A model generated the notes under the pieces. It was not told where the DNA came from. It saw only the letters and a program-made list of their open reading frames with translations, and made no database searches. This document shows positions 10,477-20,052 of a DNA stretch of 64,000 nt, piece by piece. Each line of letters begins with the position of its first letter. Position 1 is the first letter of the stretch. The position numbers were made by a program, and so were the translations under genes. The stretch comes from an uncultured Bacilli bacterium (GTDB lineage Bacteria > Bacillota_I > Bacilli_A > RF39 > UBA660). The DNA is taken from NCBI GenBank assembly GCA_963931065.1, contig OZ006970.1, positions 139,458-203,457 of the forward strand, written 5' to 3'.

Positions 10477-11905
10477 GTTCTTCGACATTAAAGGGTGCTG
10501 AGTAAATTTTCAGCATTCTTTTTTGCTGGTCTAAAAAGATTAGTAATAATTAAAATTCTAGCTTTGAAATTATCAAAATTTCTATATCCAAAACCAATAC
10601 GTTTTATCAATTTACAAGTATTATTATTTCTTTCCATAACACCATTACTATATGGCTGTTCCATTGTATTTTTTATATATGGGCTAAATTCTTTTAAAGT
10701 ATTAAGTGAAGTCTGCATATATGTAGAAATTCCACTATATTCTTTGTCTATCATTTCTTTAAATAGTATATAATTTTTTCTTTGTAATGCATATAAAAGA
10801 TTTTGATATAAATCATATGTGTTTTTTAATTCTTCATTTTCATTTAATATATAATCAACTACATCGACTTCTGTCATTAAATTTTTAAAACATAGAAACT
10901 TTCTCCATTTACTACAATCAAGTTCTAATCTGGCTTTTAATAACAATTTTCCATATCTTTTTATTTTCCTATAATTAGCTTTATCTTTTTTCATCGCTTG
11001 CACTCTAGTTTTATTAAGACTTCTACTAATTAGTTGTACAATATGAAACATATCTATAATGATATTTGCATTAGGAAAATTATCTTGTACTAATTTTATA
11101 TATGGCTTATACATATCCATAACTACATTTTCTACCTTTAGTTTGTTCTCACTTAAATAATAACTAAAATATTTATTTAAATTTTCTGTTGTTCTATCTT
11201 CTACTAAATCTAATGTTTTACCAGTTTCTGCATCACATATATTAAATGCCATTGTTTTCTTTTTCCAAGTGAATTCATCAATACATATATTTATTGGAAT
11301 ATAATTTTTATATAATTTATCTTTATCATATATTTTATTAACTTGCCTCTGAACTGTTTTATCACTTACATTATGAAGCTTTGCAATAAACTTATAAGTA
11401 ATTGTTTCTTTTGCAAACATTATTATTGAATGTTTAGTATTATTACTAATTCTACATCTATAGTCAACTTCATCAGTTTGAGGAGTTATCTTATGTTTGC
11501 AGTTATTACATCTATATAATTGTTTTGTTATTTCTAAATAACTATTCAATCCTGAAATGCTTGGTATTTTTATAGGCTTGAGAGTAACAGTACCATTTTT
11601 CTTTATATTATCTACACATCCACATTTAGGACAACAATTAGGATTTTTATCTAAAAATGTTTTTATGACTAATGATCTTCTATTCTTTATATTTCTTTCT
11701 TCAACAAAATTCTCAGTAAAATTTAAATTTTTATCTTTCATATTTAGTAATTTTAATATAGAATTATTTATAGACATCACAACACCCTCTATTCTGTATT
11801 TTTTATTCTTTTAAAACATTATAGCAGGTTTGTGTTATGATGTCTTTTTTTGGTATTAAAAAGAATGCTGAAAATTTACTCAGCACCCTTTAATGTCGAA
11901 GAACC
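10477..11905 (-). mobile_element. ISL3-family insertion sequence (about 1.43 kb) with 48-bp perfect terminal inverted repeats
   Basis: 10477-10524 (ggttcttcgacattaaagggtgctgagtaaattttcagcattcttttt) is the exact reverse complement of 11858-11905. Encodes one ISL3 transposase. Confidence 0.8.
10488..11780 (-). CDS. ISL3 family transposase
   Basis: 430 aa with N-terminal zinc-finger (CPKCG...CNNCKH) and C-terminal NGVMERNNNTCKLIKRIGFGYRNFDNFKARILI, typical of ISL3 transposases. Confidence 0.85.
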   Translation of the reverse strand: MMSINNSILKLLNMKDKNLNFTENFVEERNIKNRRSLVIKTFLDKNPNCCPKCGCVDNIKKNGTVTLKPIKIPSISGLNSYLEITKQLYRCNNCKHKITPQTDEVDYRCRISNNTKHSIIMFAKETITYKFIAKLHNVSDKTVQRQVNKIYDKDKLYKNYIPINICIDEFTWKKKTMAFNICDAETGKTLDLVEDRTTENLNKYFSYYLSENKLKVENVVMDMYKPYIKLVQDNFPNANIIIDMFHIVQLISRSLNKTRVQAMKKDKANYRKIKRYGKLLLKARLELDCSKWRKFLCFKNLMTEVDVVDYILNENEELKNTYDLYQNLLYALQRKNYILFKEMIDKEYSGISTYMQTSLNTLKEFSPYIKNTMEQPYSNGVMERNNNTCKLIKRIGFGYRNFDNFKARILIITNLFRPAKKNAENLLSTL

Positions 11906-12097
11906 TCTTCTTCTCTTACGTTCATTCTTACGAGCATTCTTAATGGCTTCTTTCTTAGCCTTTCTTCTTCTTACTCCTGGTTTATCATAAGCATCATGCT
12001 TCTTTGCTTCAGAAGGGACACCACTACGAGCTAATTTTTGTTTATATCTTTTAATCGCTCCATCAAGATTACCGTTTTTTACAGTTACCTGTGCCAT
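11876..12097 (-). CDS. rpsU: 30S ribosomal protein S21 (3' end fused to the IS terminal repeat)
   Basis: MAQVTVKNGNLDGAIKRYKQKLARSGVPSEAKKHDAYDKPGVRRRKAKKEAIKNARKNERKRRR, then 9 codons (GSSTLKGAE) and the stop lying inside the ISL3 right inverted repeat. RBS aagggaggg precedes the MAQ start. Confidence 0.8.
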   Translation of the reverse strand: MAQVTVKNGNLDGAIKRYKQKLARSGVPSEAKKHDAYDKPGVRRRKAKKEAIKNARKNERKRRRGSSTLKGAE

Positions 12098-12284
12098 TAC
12101 TATTATCCCTCCCTTCACGTTTTACTACAACTGATTATAACACTAAGAACATTTAAAGTACAACATTTTTTTGACATTTTTTACATTTTTTGTAACATTT
12201 CTCCTAAAAATAGACCAAAATTATAAAAAGTAAGCACTAATATAACATTAAGTAAGCTAAAACCCACTAATTTAGTAAATCTCT

Positions 12285-12455
12285 TTAATCTAAGGGACAT
12301 ACCTCACCACTTCCTATTCTTCTAAGGGAACTTCCAAGTTTTCTACCTGCTAATATTAATATTTCAATTAAGTCTCCTACATATTTAATAGCAGTTGATG
12401 TTAAAGAAAATCCCCCTTTAATATTTTTTAATTCATAAATACTTAAATCTCTCAT
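12285..12455 (-). CDS. bacteriocin-like prepeptide 1 with double-glycine leader (MRDLSIYELKNIKGG | FSLTSTAIKYVGDLIEILILAGRKLGSSLRRIGSGEVCPLD)
   Basis: Leader matches the double-glycine consensus (L-12, S-11, E-8, L-7, I-4, GG-1). Strong RBS (gaggaggtga) 6 nt upstream of ATG at 12455. Immediately downstream of prepeptide 2 and the C39 ABC exporter. Confidence 0.6.
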   Translation of the reverse strand: MRDLSIYELKNIKGGFSLTSTAIKYVGDLIEILILAGRKLGSSLRRIGSGEVCPLD

Positions 12456-12456
12456 T

Positions 12457-12612
12457 CTAATCACCTCCTCCACATGGTTCTGGATTAGTAAAGCCACTAA
12501 TTACTCCTACAACGAATGCAATAAGAATAGATACTCCAATACCAACAACTGTACCTGATATAGCCGCTCCACCTTTAATATTCTTCATTTCATTTTTTGT
12601 TAATTCTTTCAT
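12457..12612 (-). CDS. bacteriocin-like prepeptide 2 with double-glycine leader (MKELTKNEMKNIKGG | AAISGTVVGIGVSILIAFVVGVISGFTNPEPCGGGD)
   Basis: Not in the ORF track (51 aa); found by manual translation. RBS ggagggtaaa precedes ATG at 12612. Mature part is Gly-rich and hydrophobic with GxxxG motifs, as in class IIb peptides. Stop lies 1 nt before the peptide-1 start. Confidence 0.6.
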   Translation of the reverse strand: MKELTKNEMKNIKGGAAISGTVVGIGVSILIAFVVGVISGFTNPEPCGGGD

Positions 12613-12989
12613 TTTACCCTCCAACTATCAATTATCAAACTAAATATATTAACCCGTTTATTAGGTAAAAGTATCATCATATCATCATTAATTAATTTAA
12701 AAGACTTTTCTAATTCTAAACTCAAGATAACCCCTTCTTCGAAATTATCTTTACTATTTATTTTATAATTATATTTTAAATTATCATAATAGAAGAAGTT
12801 ATTATCTATAAACAATTCTAAATCTAAAGTAGTATAAACACTAATAACATTATCATCTATATTTAAGATACTAACAGAATTATAAGTCCACAGTTTAATT
12901 GATATTAATAGATAAAAGAACACTATAGTTAAAATAAAGGTAATAATTATAGATACTAAAAGTAGTCCTTTCTTCTTATAATTCTTCAT
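12609..12989 (-). CDS. small membrane-anchored protein (candidate bacteriocin immunity/accessory protein)
   Basis: 126 aa, one N-terminal TM helix, no recognisable family. Start/stop overlap the ABC exporter and prepeptide 2, implying translational coupling in one operon. Confidence 0.4.
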   Translation of the reverse strand: MKNYKKKGLLLVSIIITFILTIVFFYLLISIKLWTYNSVSILNIDDNVISVYTTLDLELFIDNNFFYYDNLKYNYKINSKDNFEEGVILSLELEKSFKLINDDMMILLPNKRVNIFSLIIDSWRVK

Positions 12990-15069
12990 GACATTTACCT
13001 TTCTTTAAATAAAATACTCTATTAAACAAGTCTTTATTATTAAGTCGATGAGAAATATAAATAATTATCTTATCTTGATAATAATTTATAATATTTTTTA
13101 ATATCTCTCGTTCTAAAGCAACATCTACATTACTAAGACATTCATCTAATATATAAATATAACTAGGTTTAAACAAAGCTTGAGCAAGATTAATTCTTGA
13201 CCTTTCTCCCATACTAATATTTTCCCCATCTTCTAAAAGAATAGTATCAAGACTATAATTCTTATCTTTAAATAACTTCTTTACTCCTGTAATAGATAAA
13301 AGTGTATTCTGATTAAAATAAGGCTTTCTAGATAAATAAATATTATCTTTAATATTAGTATTACTAAACATCTCTTTATTAGAAACATAAGTAACAATAT
13401 CTCTAAGATCAGCAAGATTATAATGAGTTAAGTCAATATTACCAAGTTTAATATGTCCAAATGATAATGGTAAAAATCTCCCTAATAATTTAACAAGAGT
13501 ACTTTTTCCACTACCAGAATCTCCATAAATAAATACTTTATCACCTGATTTAATTTTCATATTAATATTATCAAGTACAAGATTATCTCTATATTTAAAG
13601 TATAAATTAGATATAGTTATATCCATATTTTTAGAAAGATAATTAGAATTAGGAAAAGGTAACAACAATTCCTTCTCATAATTAAAGATATCATCTAATC
13701 TCATTTTTATTTTTCTAACATTTTGATATTTAAATATTATTAAAATTAAGTTTTCTACATTCTTCAAACCCATAAAGATAAAACTCTCTAATAATAAAAA
13801 TGTCGCTAAACTTATTTGTATTGTAGTTATTAAAAGAACTCCTCCAACACCTAAAACTAATAAATAGATAATACCTTCTAATAGACTTAAAACATTTCTT
13901 ATAAACTCACTATATCTACTAACTCTATAACTTTCATCTTCCAAATTATCTGTTACTTTTCTAGTTTTCTTAAACATTACCTCCTCTAAATGTAGACCCT
14001 TAATCTTATCATTATTAATAACTACTTGTTGTAATCTATTATTATAAGTATCTCTAACTTTATAATATTTAGATAATAAATTAATACTTAATTTCTTCTG
14101 AGAATAGATAAATATAAATAAGATTATACTACTAATTATAAGGATTAATGCTAAAGAACTTGATAAGTTTAAAAAGAATAAATAGATAAATGTCAAGATA
14201 ATAATACTATTAATAAATGTTAGTACTCCACTTAATAAAGAATCTGCAAAAGTATCAATATCATTAAACAAAGATATAATAATCCCCCTTTCCTTAGTTT
14301 GATAATATAAATTAGGAAGTGATAATAACTGTTTAATTAAATTAAGTTTTAATTGATAACTAAATCTCTTTGTAAGTTTCATTGTAATAAGTTGTATAAA
14401 ATAAGAATAAATTGTCTTTAATACTAAAAGATAAAAAAAGATAAACAGTAAAACTCCCAAATTATAAATAGATTGAACTGTCAAAGCATTATTAATAATT
14501 ATCTTTAAAGAAAATAAATTCAAAAGTTCAAGACTAATACTAATTATTATAGAGATTACCATTAAAATAAGAATATTTTTATTATTAGTTATTAATTTAA
14601 GTATCTCATTTTTAATAGTTTTAATCTTTACGAATCTCTTAATATTAGCAGTCTTCTCAATAAAAAGATAATTCCCTGTCGCTATTTTATTAAACTCTTC
14701 TATTGAAAGAGACTTAATAAGATTACTAGGGTCTTTAATAATAACTTTCTTATTAGTAATATTAGTAATCACTACATAATGATAAAGATTTTTCTTATCA
14801 TCTATTTTTATATGAGCAATTACAGGTAGTGATATTTTAGGTATATCACTAACATTACCACTCTTACCATAAGCATTAAAGCCAAGGGACAGAAGAACTT
14901 CTCTAAGCCCATACATTGTTGTACCATCATAAATAGTCTCACTAACTCTTTCTAAGTAATCTCTTGAAACATTACAACTATAATATTTTGATATCATAAA
15001 AAGGCAAGAAATCCCACAGTCATAAGTTGATTCCTGCGAAACCAATTTTAATCTTTTGATTATTAACAC
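12976..15069 (-). CDS. peptidase C39-domain bacteriocin ABC transporter (processing/export ATPase-permease)
   Basis: 697 aa. N-terminal C39 Cys motif QESTYDCGISCLFMISKYY, a 6-TM permease region, and C-terminal ABC ATPase (GDSGSGKST Walker A, LSGGQ-like ISMGERSRINLAQAL, ILDE Walker B). Confidence 0.85.
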   Translation of the reverse strand: MLIIKRLKLVSQESTYDCGISCLFMISKYYSCNVSRDYLERVSETIYDGTTMYGLREVLLSLGFNAYGKSGNVSDIPKISLPVIAHIKIDDKKNLYHYVVITNITNKKVIIKDPSNLIKSLSIEEFNKIATGNYLFIEKTANIKRFVKIKTIKNEILKLITNNKNILILMVISIIISISLELLNLFSLKIIINNALTVQSIYNLGVLLFIFFYLLVLKTIYSYFIQLITMKLTKRFSYQLKLNLIKQLLSLPNLYYQTKERGIIISLFNDIDTFADSLLSGVLTFINSIIILTFIYLFFLNLSSSLALILIISSIILFIFIYSQKKLSINLLSKYYKVRDTYNNRLQQVVINNDKIKGLHLEEVMFKKTRKVTDNLEDESYRVSRYSEFIRNVLSLLEGIIYLLVLGVGGVLLITTIQISLATFLLLESFIFMGLKNVENLILIIFKYQNVRKIKMRLDDIFNYEKELLLPFPNSNYLSKNMDITISNLYFKYRDNLVLDNINMKIKSGDKVFIYGDSGSGKSTLVKLLGRFLPLSFGHIKLGNIDLTHYNLADLRDIVTYVSNKEMFSNTNIKDNIYLSRKPYFNQNTLLSITGVKKLFKDKNYSLDTILLEDGENISMGERSRINLAQALFKPSYIYILDECLSNVDVALEREILKNIINYYQDKIIIYISHRLNNKDLFNRVFYLKKGKCHEEL

Positions 15070-15191
15070 CTCCTATTATAATAATTAACAATATCTTTTT
15101 TTTTGCTCCAAAAATTTTTTGTTTATCAGTTATTTTGACAAAACTCTTAATATTTAAATGACTGTAATAAAATATGGTTAAGGTGGTAAAG

Positions 15192-15650
15192 ATGCAGTTG
15201 GGGAAAATTAGAGATTTAAGAGAAGATCATGATTTAAAACAAATAGATGTTGCTAAAATTCTTGGTGTCAAAAGAACAACCTATGCTATGTGGGAATTAG
15301 GTGATGTTAACTTTCCAATAGAAAAGTTAGTAGAACTTGCTAGATATTTTCATACTAACGTAGAATATTTACTTAACTTAACTCCTGATAAAAGAGAAAT
15401 TATTTATGAGAAAGATATAAGTGTAGAATTTATTGGAAATCAACTTAAAAGATATCGCCTAAAATTAAAGAAAACACAAAGAGAATTTGCCAAAGTTTTA
15501 AACATTAGACAATCTAGTTATTCTTACTATGAAGATGGTAAAACAAGAATACCAACTAACAAACTTGTTATACTAGCAATTACATATCACATTCCTATAA
15601 ATTATATTTGTGGTGGTAAAAGGAAAGAAAATATTAGTATCACACTATAA
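15192..15650 (+). CDS. XRE-family transcriptional regulator with two HTH domains
   Basis: Two Cro/C1-type HTH repeats (DLKQIDVAKILGVKRTTYAMWE and LKKTQREFAKVLNIRQSSYSYYE). RBS aaggtgg precedes ATG 15192. Divergent from the bacteriocin operon. Confidence 0.7.
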   Translation: MQLGKIRDLREDHDLKQIDVAKILGVKRTTYAMWELGDVNFPIEKLVELARYFHTNVEYLLNLTPDKREIIYEKDISVEFIGNQLKRYRLKLKKTQREFAKVLNIRQSSYSYYEDGKTRIPTNKLVILAITYHIPINYICGGKRKENISITL

Positions 15651-15727
15651 AATTTTAAAAAAGTGTTGACAAGTACCTTTTCTTTTCATATAATTGTAAA
15701 TGTCAATACAAATTGATGTTTACTTAT

Positions 15728-15801
15728 GCGGATGTAGTTTAATGGTAGAACCTCAGCCTTCCAAGCTGACTACGGGAGTTCGATTCTCCTCATCCGCTCC
15801 A
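15728..15801 (+). tRNA. tRNA-Gly (anticodon UCC)
   Basis: gcggatgtagtttaatggtagaacctcagccttccaagctgactacgggagttcgattctcctcatccgctcca. Cloverleaf arms pair, anticodon loop is cuUCCaa, T-loop is GTTCGATTC, and CCA is encoded. Confidence 0.85.
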
Positions 15802-15840
15802 TTAGATAATTCTGTTCGAACTATTCGGACATTAAATAGA

Positions 15841-15869
15841 AATCAATCTCAAAAGGATTGATTTTTTTG
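15841..15869 (+). terminator. rho-independent terminator after tRNA-Gly
   Basis: aatcaatc / gattgatt stem followed by a T7 run. Confidence 0.5.
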
Positions 15870-16232
15870 TTGTATAAAAAATCAACCTACTCTTAAAAGA
15901 AAGGTTGGTGAGAAAATGAAACATTACAAAATGTACAAGTCTATTATGAAGTATCTTACTGATACTAACATCAATAAGTGTTAAAGACGAAACTTTATTA
16001 CATGAATGAAAATAATGAATTAGTTAATATAGATACATCTACACTTAAGAAAGGATTATTAAAATGAAAACCAAGAAATAGAAAGATTATTAAATAGTGC
16101 CAAAAATTATTTTGGTAAAGATGAAAAATATACATTTTTAAATGTAAGAAGTGTGGCAAGTTAGATCCTGTTCCTGAATTTATTGTTAATGAACAGATTG
16201 GATTTTTAAAATTTATCGCTATGTTGTAGAAT

Positions 16233-17436
16233 TTGAGGGATAGTGATATAATAGTAGTGTCGAGAATGGATTTAGAAAGGAATATCTTTGATTGGCCAGT
16301 CAATCTAAATTCATTCTCGACAAATGAAATTTTAGGCTGGCCAATCAAAGATATTTTTTTAGGTTTTTTTATGATATTAGAAATTGATAATTTATTGCCA
16401 AATGAATTACGTACTATTATTAAAAAATTACAAAAATTATTAGATATGCAAGAAAATAGTAAAAGTATTATTAATGAAGTTATAGGTAATGAAAGACAAA
16501 ATATCTGCTGTCCAAAATGCAAAAGTACTAACATTGTTAAAGATGGTACTTACAAAGGCAGACAAAAAATTCAAATGTAAAGATTGTAGTAAAAAGTTTA
16601 ATGCTTTAACTAATACACCATTTCATCATACAAGGTTAACATATGGTCAAATAGAAGAATCTTATCAATGTTTAGTTGATAAACATACAATCAGAAAAAG
16701 TGCAAAAAGAATTGGAGTTAGTACCAAAACTGCTTTTACTCTGAGATTTAAATTAATAAACTGTTTAAAATTCATTAGAACTAATGCTAAATTAGAGGGT
16801 GACATGGAATTAGATGAGTACTATTTATCTATTAATTTAAAAGGAACAAAGAAAGAAAATATGCCACGTGCTTCTAAAAAAAGAAAAAGCGGTGGTTCTA
16901 GTAAAAGGGGAATAAGTAAACATAAAGCTTGTGTTACTTCAGGAATTGATGAATGTGATAATCTTTTTCTAGAGCTTGCTAGTACAGGCCCTGTTACCTC
17001 TGACATGATTAAAAAGACTATTGCACCTAAAATTGTTAATCCAAAAAAAGTTACTACCGATTGTAAAAGTTCTTATGAAAGTATCGCTAAAGAAAATAAC
17101 TGGAATCTTAAACAAGTAAAATCTGATACATATGTTGATTACGAAAGAAACAATCTTGCAAATATAAACTCAATACATTCTGAACTCACTTCTTTTCTTA
17201 GTTCTTTTCATGGCATTTCTACTAAACACCTACAAGAATATTTAGATTGGTTTGTTTATTTAAAATACCTAAATTATAGTGTTGATTATTTAGATCAAGC
17301 TAACTATTTTCAAAAATGTACTATAACAAAACAAACAGACATTAAATTTGATAATGTTTGCGACAATCACAGTATATTAGATTTCTATGATGTCTATGAA
17401 AATTATAACTACCATCCCTCAAATTCTACAACATAG
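16233..17436 (+). mobile_element. IS1595-family (ISXO2-like) transposase gene, interrupted by a frameshift in an A7 run (ORFs 16233..16580 and 16489..17436)
   Basis: N-terminal zinc finger CCPKCKSTNIVKDGTYKGRQK continues in another frame as FKCKDCSKKFNALTNT. C-terminal ISXO2-like DDE domain (HGISTKHLQEYLDWFVYLKYL). Frame switch is at gacaaaaaattc (about 16560). Element ends not resolved. Confidence 0.6.
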
Positions 17437-17520
17437 CGAAAATTAATAAAAAATTATAAACATTGGCTATTAATTTTAAAATATAATAGTATAATATTAA
17501 ACAAGAAAGTTGGTGACTTT

Positions 17521-18312
17521 ATGCTTACAATAAATTGGAAACAAGTTTACGAAGTAAATACTAATAACAATACTCAATGGGTTTTAATACTTTATGATAT
17601 ATCAAAAAATCATTATGTCGGAGTTCCAGTATATAATTACAATGTCAAAAATAGCATATTAATAAATTCAATAAATAAATATATAATATTAGATGAAATT
17701 AGTGATTATAATAGAAGTCATATTAAAAAATGCATTTATATTAAAGGCAAACCATTAAAAATCAAAGATAATGAATTTAACGATATTTTATTAAAAAGCA
17801 AAACTAATTTCTGTGACTATATAAAAAATAATACCGATAATACACCTGATGGCATATCTTATAACAAGTGGTGTAAAGATAAGTTAATTTTAATGAATAA
17901 AAAAAGTCAAAATTTCAATCTTAAAATTGGTGCTATATGTTGGGTAGATTTAGGTTACAATATAGGAAATGAACTTAGAAAATTAAGACCTGCAATACTA
18001 TGGCGAAGTTCTTCTAATAAACAAATGTGGACTGTCATACCTCTTACATCTAAAAGAAAAAGCGACAATTATTATTTTCACTATGATATGGAAGATGATA
18101 CTCTAGGAACAGCTAGAATTGAAAATTTGATTAATATCAGTTCTAATAGAATAAGAGAACCCTATTTTGTTAATAATAAAATAGCAACAATCACTAAAAA
18201 AGACAATGATTCAATACTTAAAATTATTAAAAAATACTATGCTTTTGAAAATATTGATAACACAAAAAATAATATTAGAAAGGCAAAAAAATCCGAAAAA
18301 GTATTGACTTAG
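17521..18312 (+). CDS. protein with C-terminal PemK/MazF-like (toxin-fold) domain fused to an unknown 130-aa N-terminal domain
   Basis: Residues 135-215 (IGAICWVDLGYNIGNELRKLRPAILWRSSSNKQMWTVIPLTSKRK...LGTARIENLINISSNRI) follow the MazF/PemK pattern (G-x-I-x-V-D-f ... E-x-x-K-x-RP-a-l-v ... v-x-v-P-x-TS). No adjacent antitoxin-sized ORF. Confidence 0.4.
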   Translation: MLTINWKQVYEVNTNNNTQWVLILYDISKNHYVGVPVYNYNVKNSILINSINKYIILDEISDYNRSHIKKCIYIKGKPLKIKDNEFNDILLKSKTNFCDYIKNNTDNTPDGISYNKWCKDKLILMNKKSQNFNLKIGAICWVDLGYNIGNELRKLRPAILWRSSSNKQMWTVIPLTSKRKSDNYYFHYDMEDDTLGTARIENLINISSNRIREPYFVNNKIATITKKDNDSILKIIKKYYAFENIDNTKNNIRKAKKSEKVLT

Positions 18313-18416
18313 TTACTATAAATGGTATAATTAAGTTACTTTAGATTGTTGCAGGTGCTTTATGCACTTGGTAGAAGTAATTTCAAAAGGAAGAGTAAAA
18401 CTCTTCCTTTTGCTTC

Positions 18417-19096
18417 TTAATTATTAATATTTTTAATACCCACTTCTAGAATCATAACATCAGAAGGTGTATCAATTATAAATTTAATTAATCTGGCCAC
18501 TTCTTTAGTATCAATACCATTTTCCATATTTTTTTGAATATTCATTTTATTAAACATATCAGTTTTCATCATACCAGGCATAACATTAGTAACTCTTATT
18601 CCATATTTTGCTACTTCATCTGCTAAAGATTTACAAAACCAGTTACTCCCCATTTCGTAGCATTATAAACAACTCTTTCAGCTTTATGATTAATTCCTGC
18701 TTGTGAATTAATATTAATAATTAAGGCATCTTTATTCTTCTTCACAATTGGTATAACTGCTTTAGAACAATTAATAACTCCTAGCAAATTAACATCTATA
18801 ACATCATTAATTCTATCACTATCATTAGTATCTAATTCTTCTTGAATCCATAATCCAGCATTATTAATTAAAACATCAATTTTTCCAAATTTTTCAATAA
18901 TTTCATTAATACATTGTTCTACTTGAAAATAATTACTTACATCACAAACTTTATAATTGCAATTATTATTTGCAACTTTTATCAGTTTTTCTTCATTAGT
19001 AGCCAAAATAATTATCTCCTTTTCTTTTGATAATGATTCAGTCAAAGTTTTTCCTAAACCATCATTTCCACCTGTTATTATGATTACTTTTTTCAA
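18417..19096 (-). pseudogene. SDR family oxidoreductase, frameshifted (ORFs 18623..19096 and 18417..18653)
   Basis: TGGNDGLGKTL Rossmann motif and the YNATK catalytic motif are in the upstream ORF. The remainder (CKSLADEVAKYGIRVTNVMPG) continues in another frame. Confidence 0.6.
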
Positions 19097-19612
19097 CCTT
19101 TTTCTCTACCTTAATCATATTTCTATTTCTTCTTCTATATCTAATACTTTTTATCAGTCAATTTAACTTTAAATTCATTTCTAACATCTTCAATCACATC
19201 TAGCATAAGTTTACTTCCATTAGATACATTTTACCAAATAAAAGAAAATATCACAACTCATGTCACCAAAATGTCAAAATGCTGCAAATGTGTCGTGATA
19301 AATATTTCCTAACAAACTTCCTAATAAATATTAATTAAATAATAAAATTATCATATAAACTATTTAACGAGTAAGGAATATTTTTTTTAGATTTTAGGTT
19401 TAAAATCCTATTATCATCCGCTCCAATTGATAACAAATAAAGGCAAGCTTTATTTGAATAAATATTATAATTAAATAATAAAAAATAGTTCTTTTTATGA
19501 TGTCTCCTAAATGGGGTTCACATCAGTTCATACTAAGTTCTTTTTTATTATCTCCCGTAACAAGCTTGGAAGTATAAGGAAAATATCTAAAAACTTTATT
19601 AAAGGATGAGCT

Positions 19613-20044
19613 TTACTTCTCATCCTTTAATTCCATCATCGCACTAGTTATTTTTTCTTCTATCTCAGGCAACGCACTTTTACTAATATTAGAAAGTATA
19701 ACAAGTTCCCTAACTGTATCTATTATAATATTACCCCAAATAATACCACTTCTTACTTTTAAATCATTAAATAAATCAGGAGTAATACTATCAAAGAAAT
19801 AACCAATTACAACTCTATCTCTTGCAATCACCAATCTTTTATTAGTAACTGCAATTATCCCACTACTAGTAACATCTAAAGAACTCTTATTTTTCTGAGC
19901 ATAAAAAGCATATCTAATAACTTCATCATCATGTAAATGTTCAAGTAATATCTTAGAATGTCTTTTTAATCTCCAACCTATAGTCAAAGGATACTTTCTC
20001 TTAAAACTAGATAATTGTTCTTTTAAAATCTCTTCATTATTCAT
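19613..20044 (-). CDS. bacterial PH-domain (bPH_2/YdbT-like) protein
   Basis: 143 aa; pattern consistent with bacterial pleckstrin-homology-like domain proteins. The stop codon lies within a hairpin (ggatgag/ctcatcc, 19604-19625) that may serve as its terminator. Confidence 0.45.
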   Translation of the reverse strand: MNNEEILKEQLSSFKRKYPLTIGWRLKRHSKILLEHLHDDEVIRYAFYAQKNKSSLDVTSSGIIAVTNKRLVIARDRVVIGYFFDSITPDLFNDLKVRSGIIWGNIIIDTVRELVILSNISKSALPEIEEKITSAMMELKDEK

Positions 20045-20052
20045 AAATGCCC

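Noticed and set aside
10477-11905. 48-bp inverted repeats interpreted as a split palindromic terminator of rpsU
   Set aside because: Too long and too perfect for a terminator. They bracket exactly one ISL3 transposase gene at the expected element length of about 1.4 kb.
12038-12226. 62-aa plus-strand ORF overlapping the rpsU start region
   Set aside because: Antisense to rpsU and its promoter, A/T-codon-biased junk translation, no RBS.
15998-16534. 178-aa minus-strand ORF
   Set aside because: Low-complexity sequence antisense to the IS1595 transposase N-terminal region with no RBS; considered spurious.
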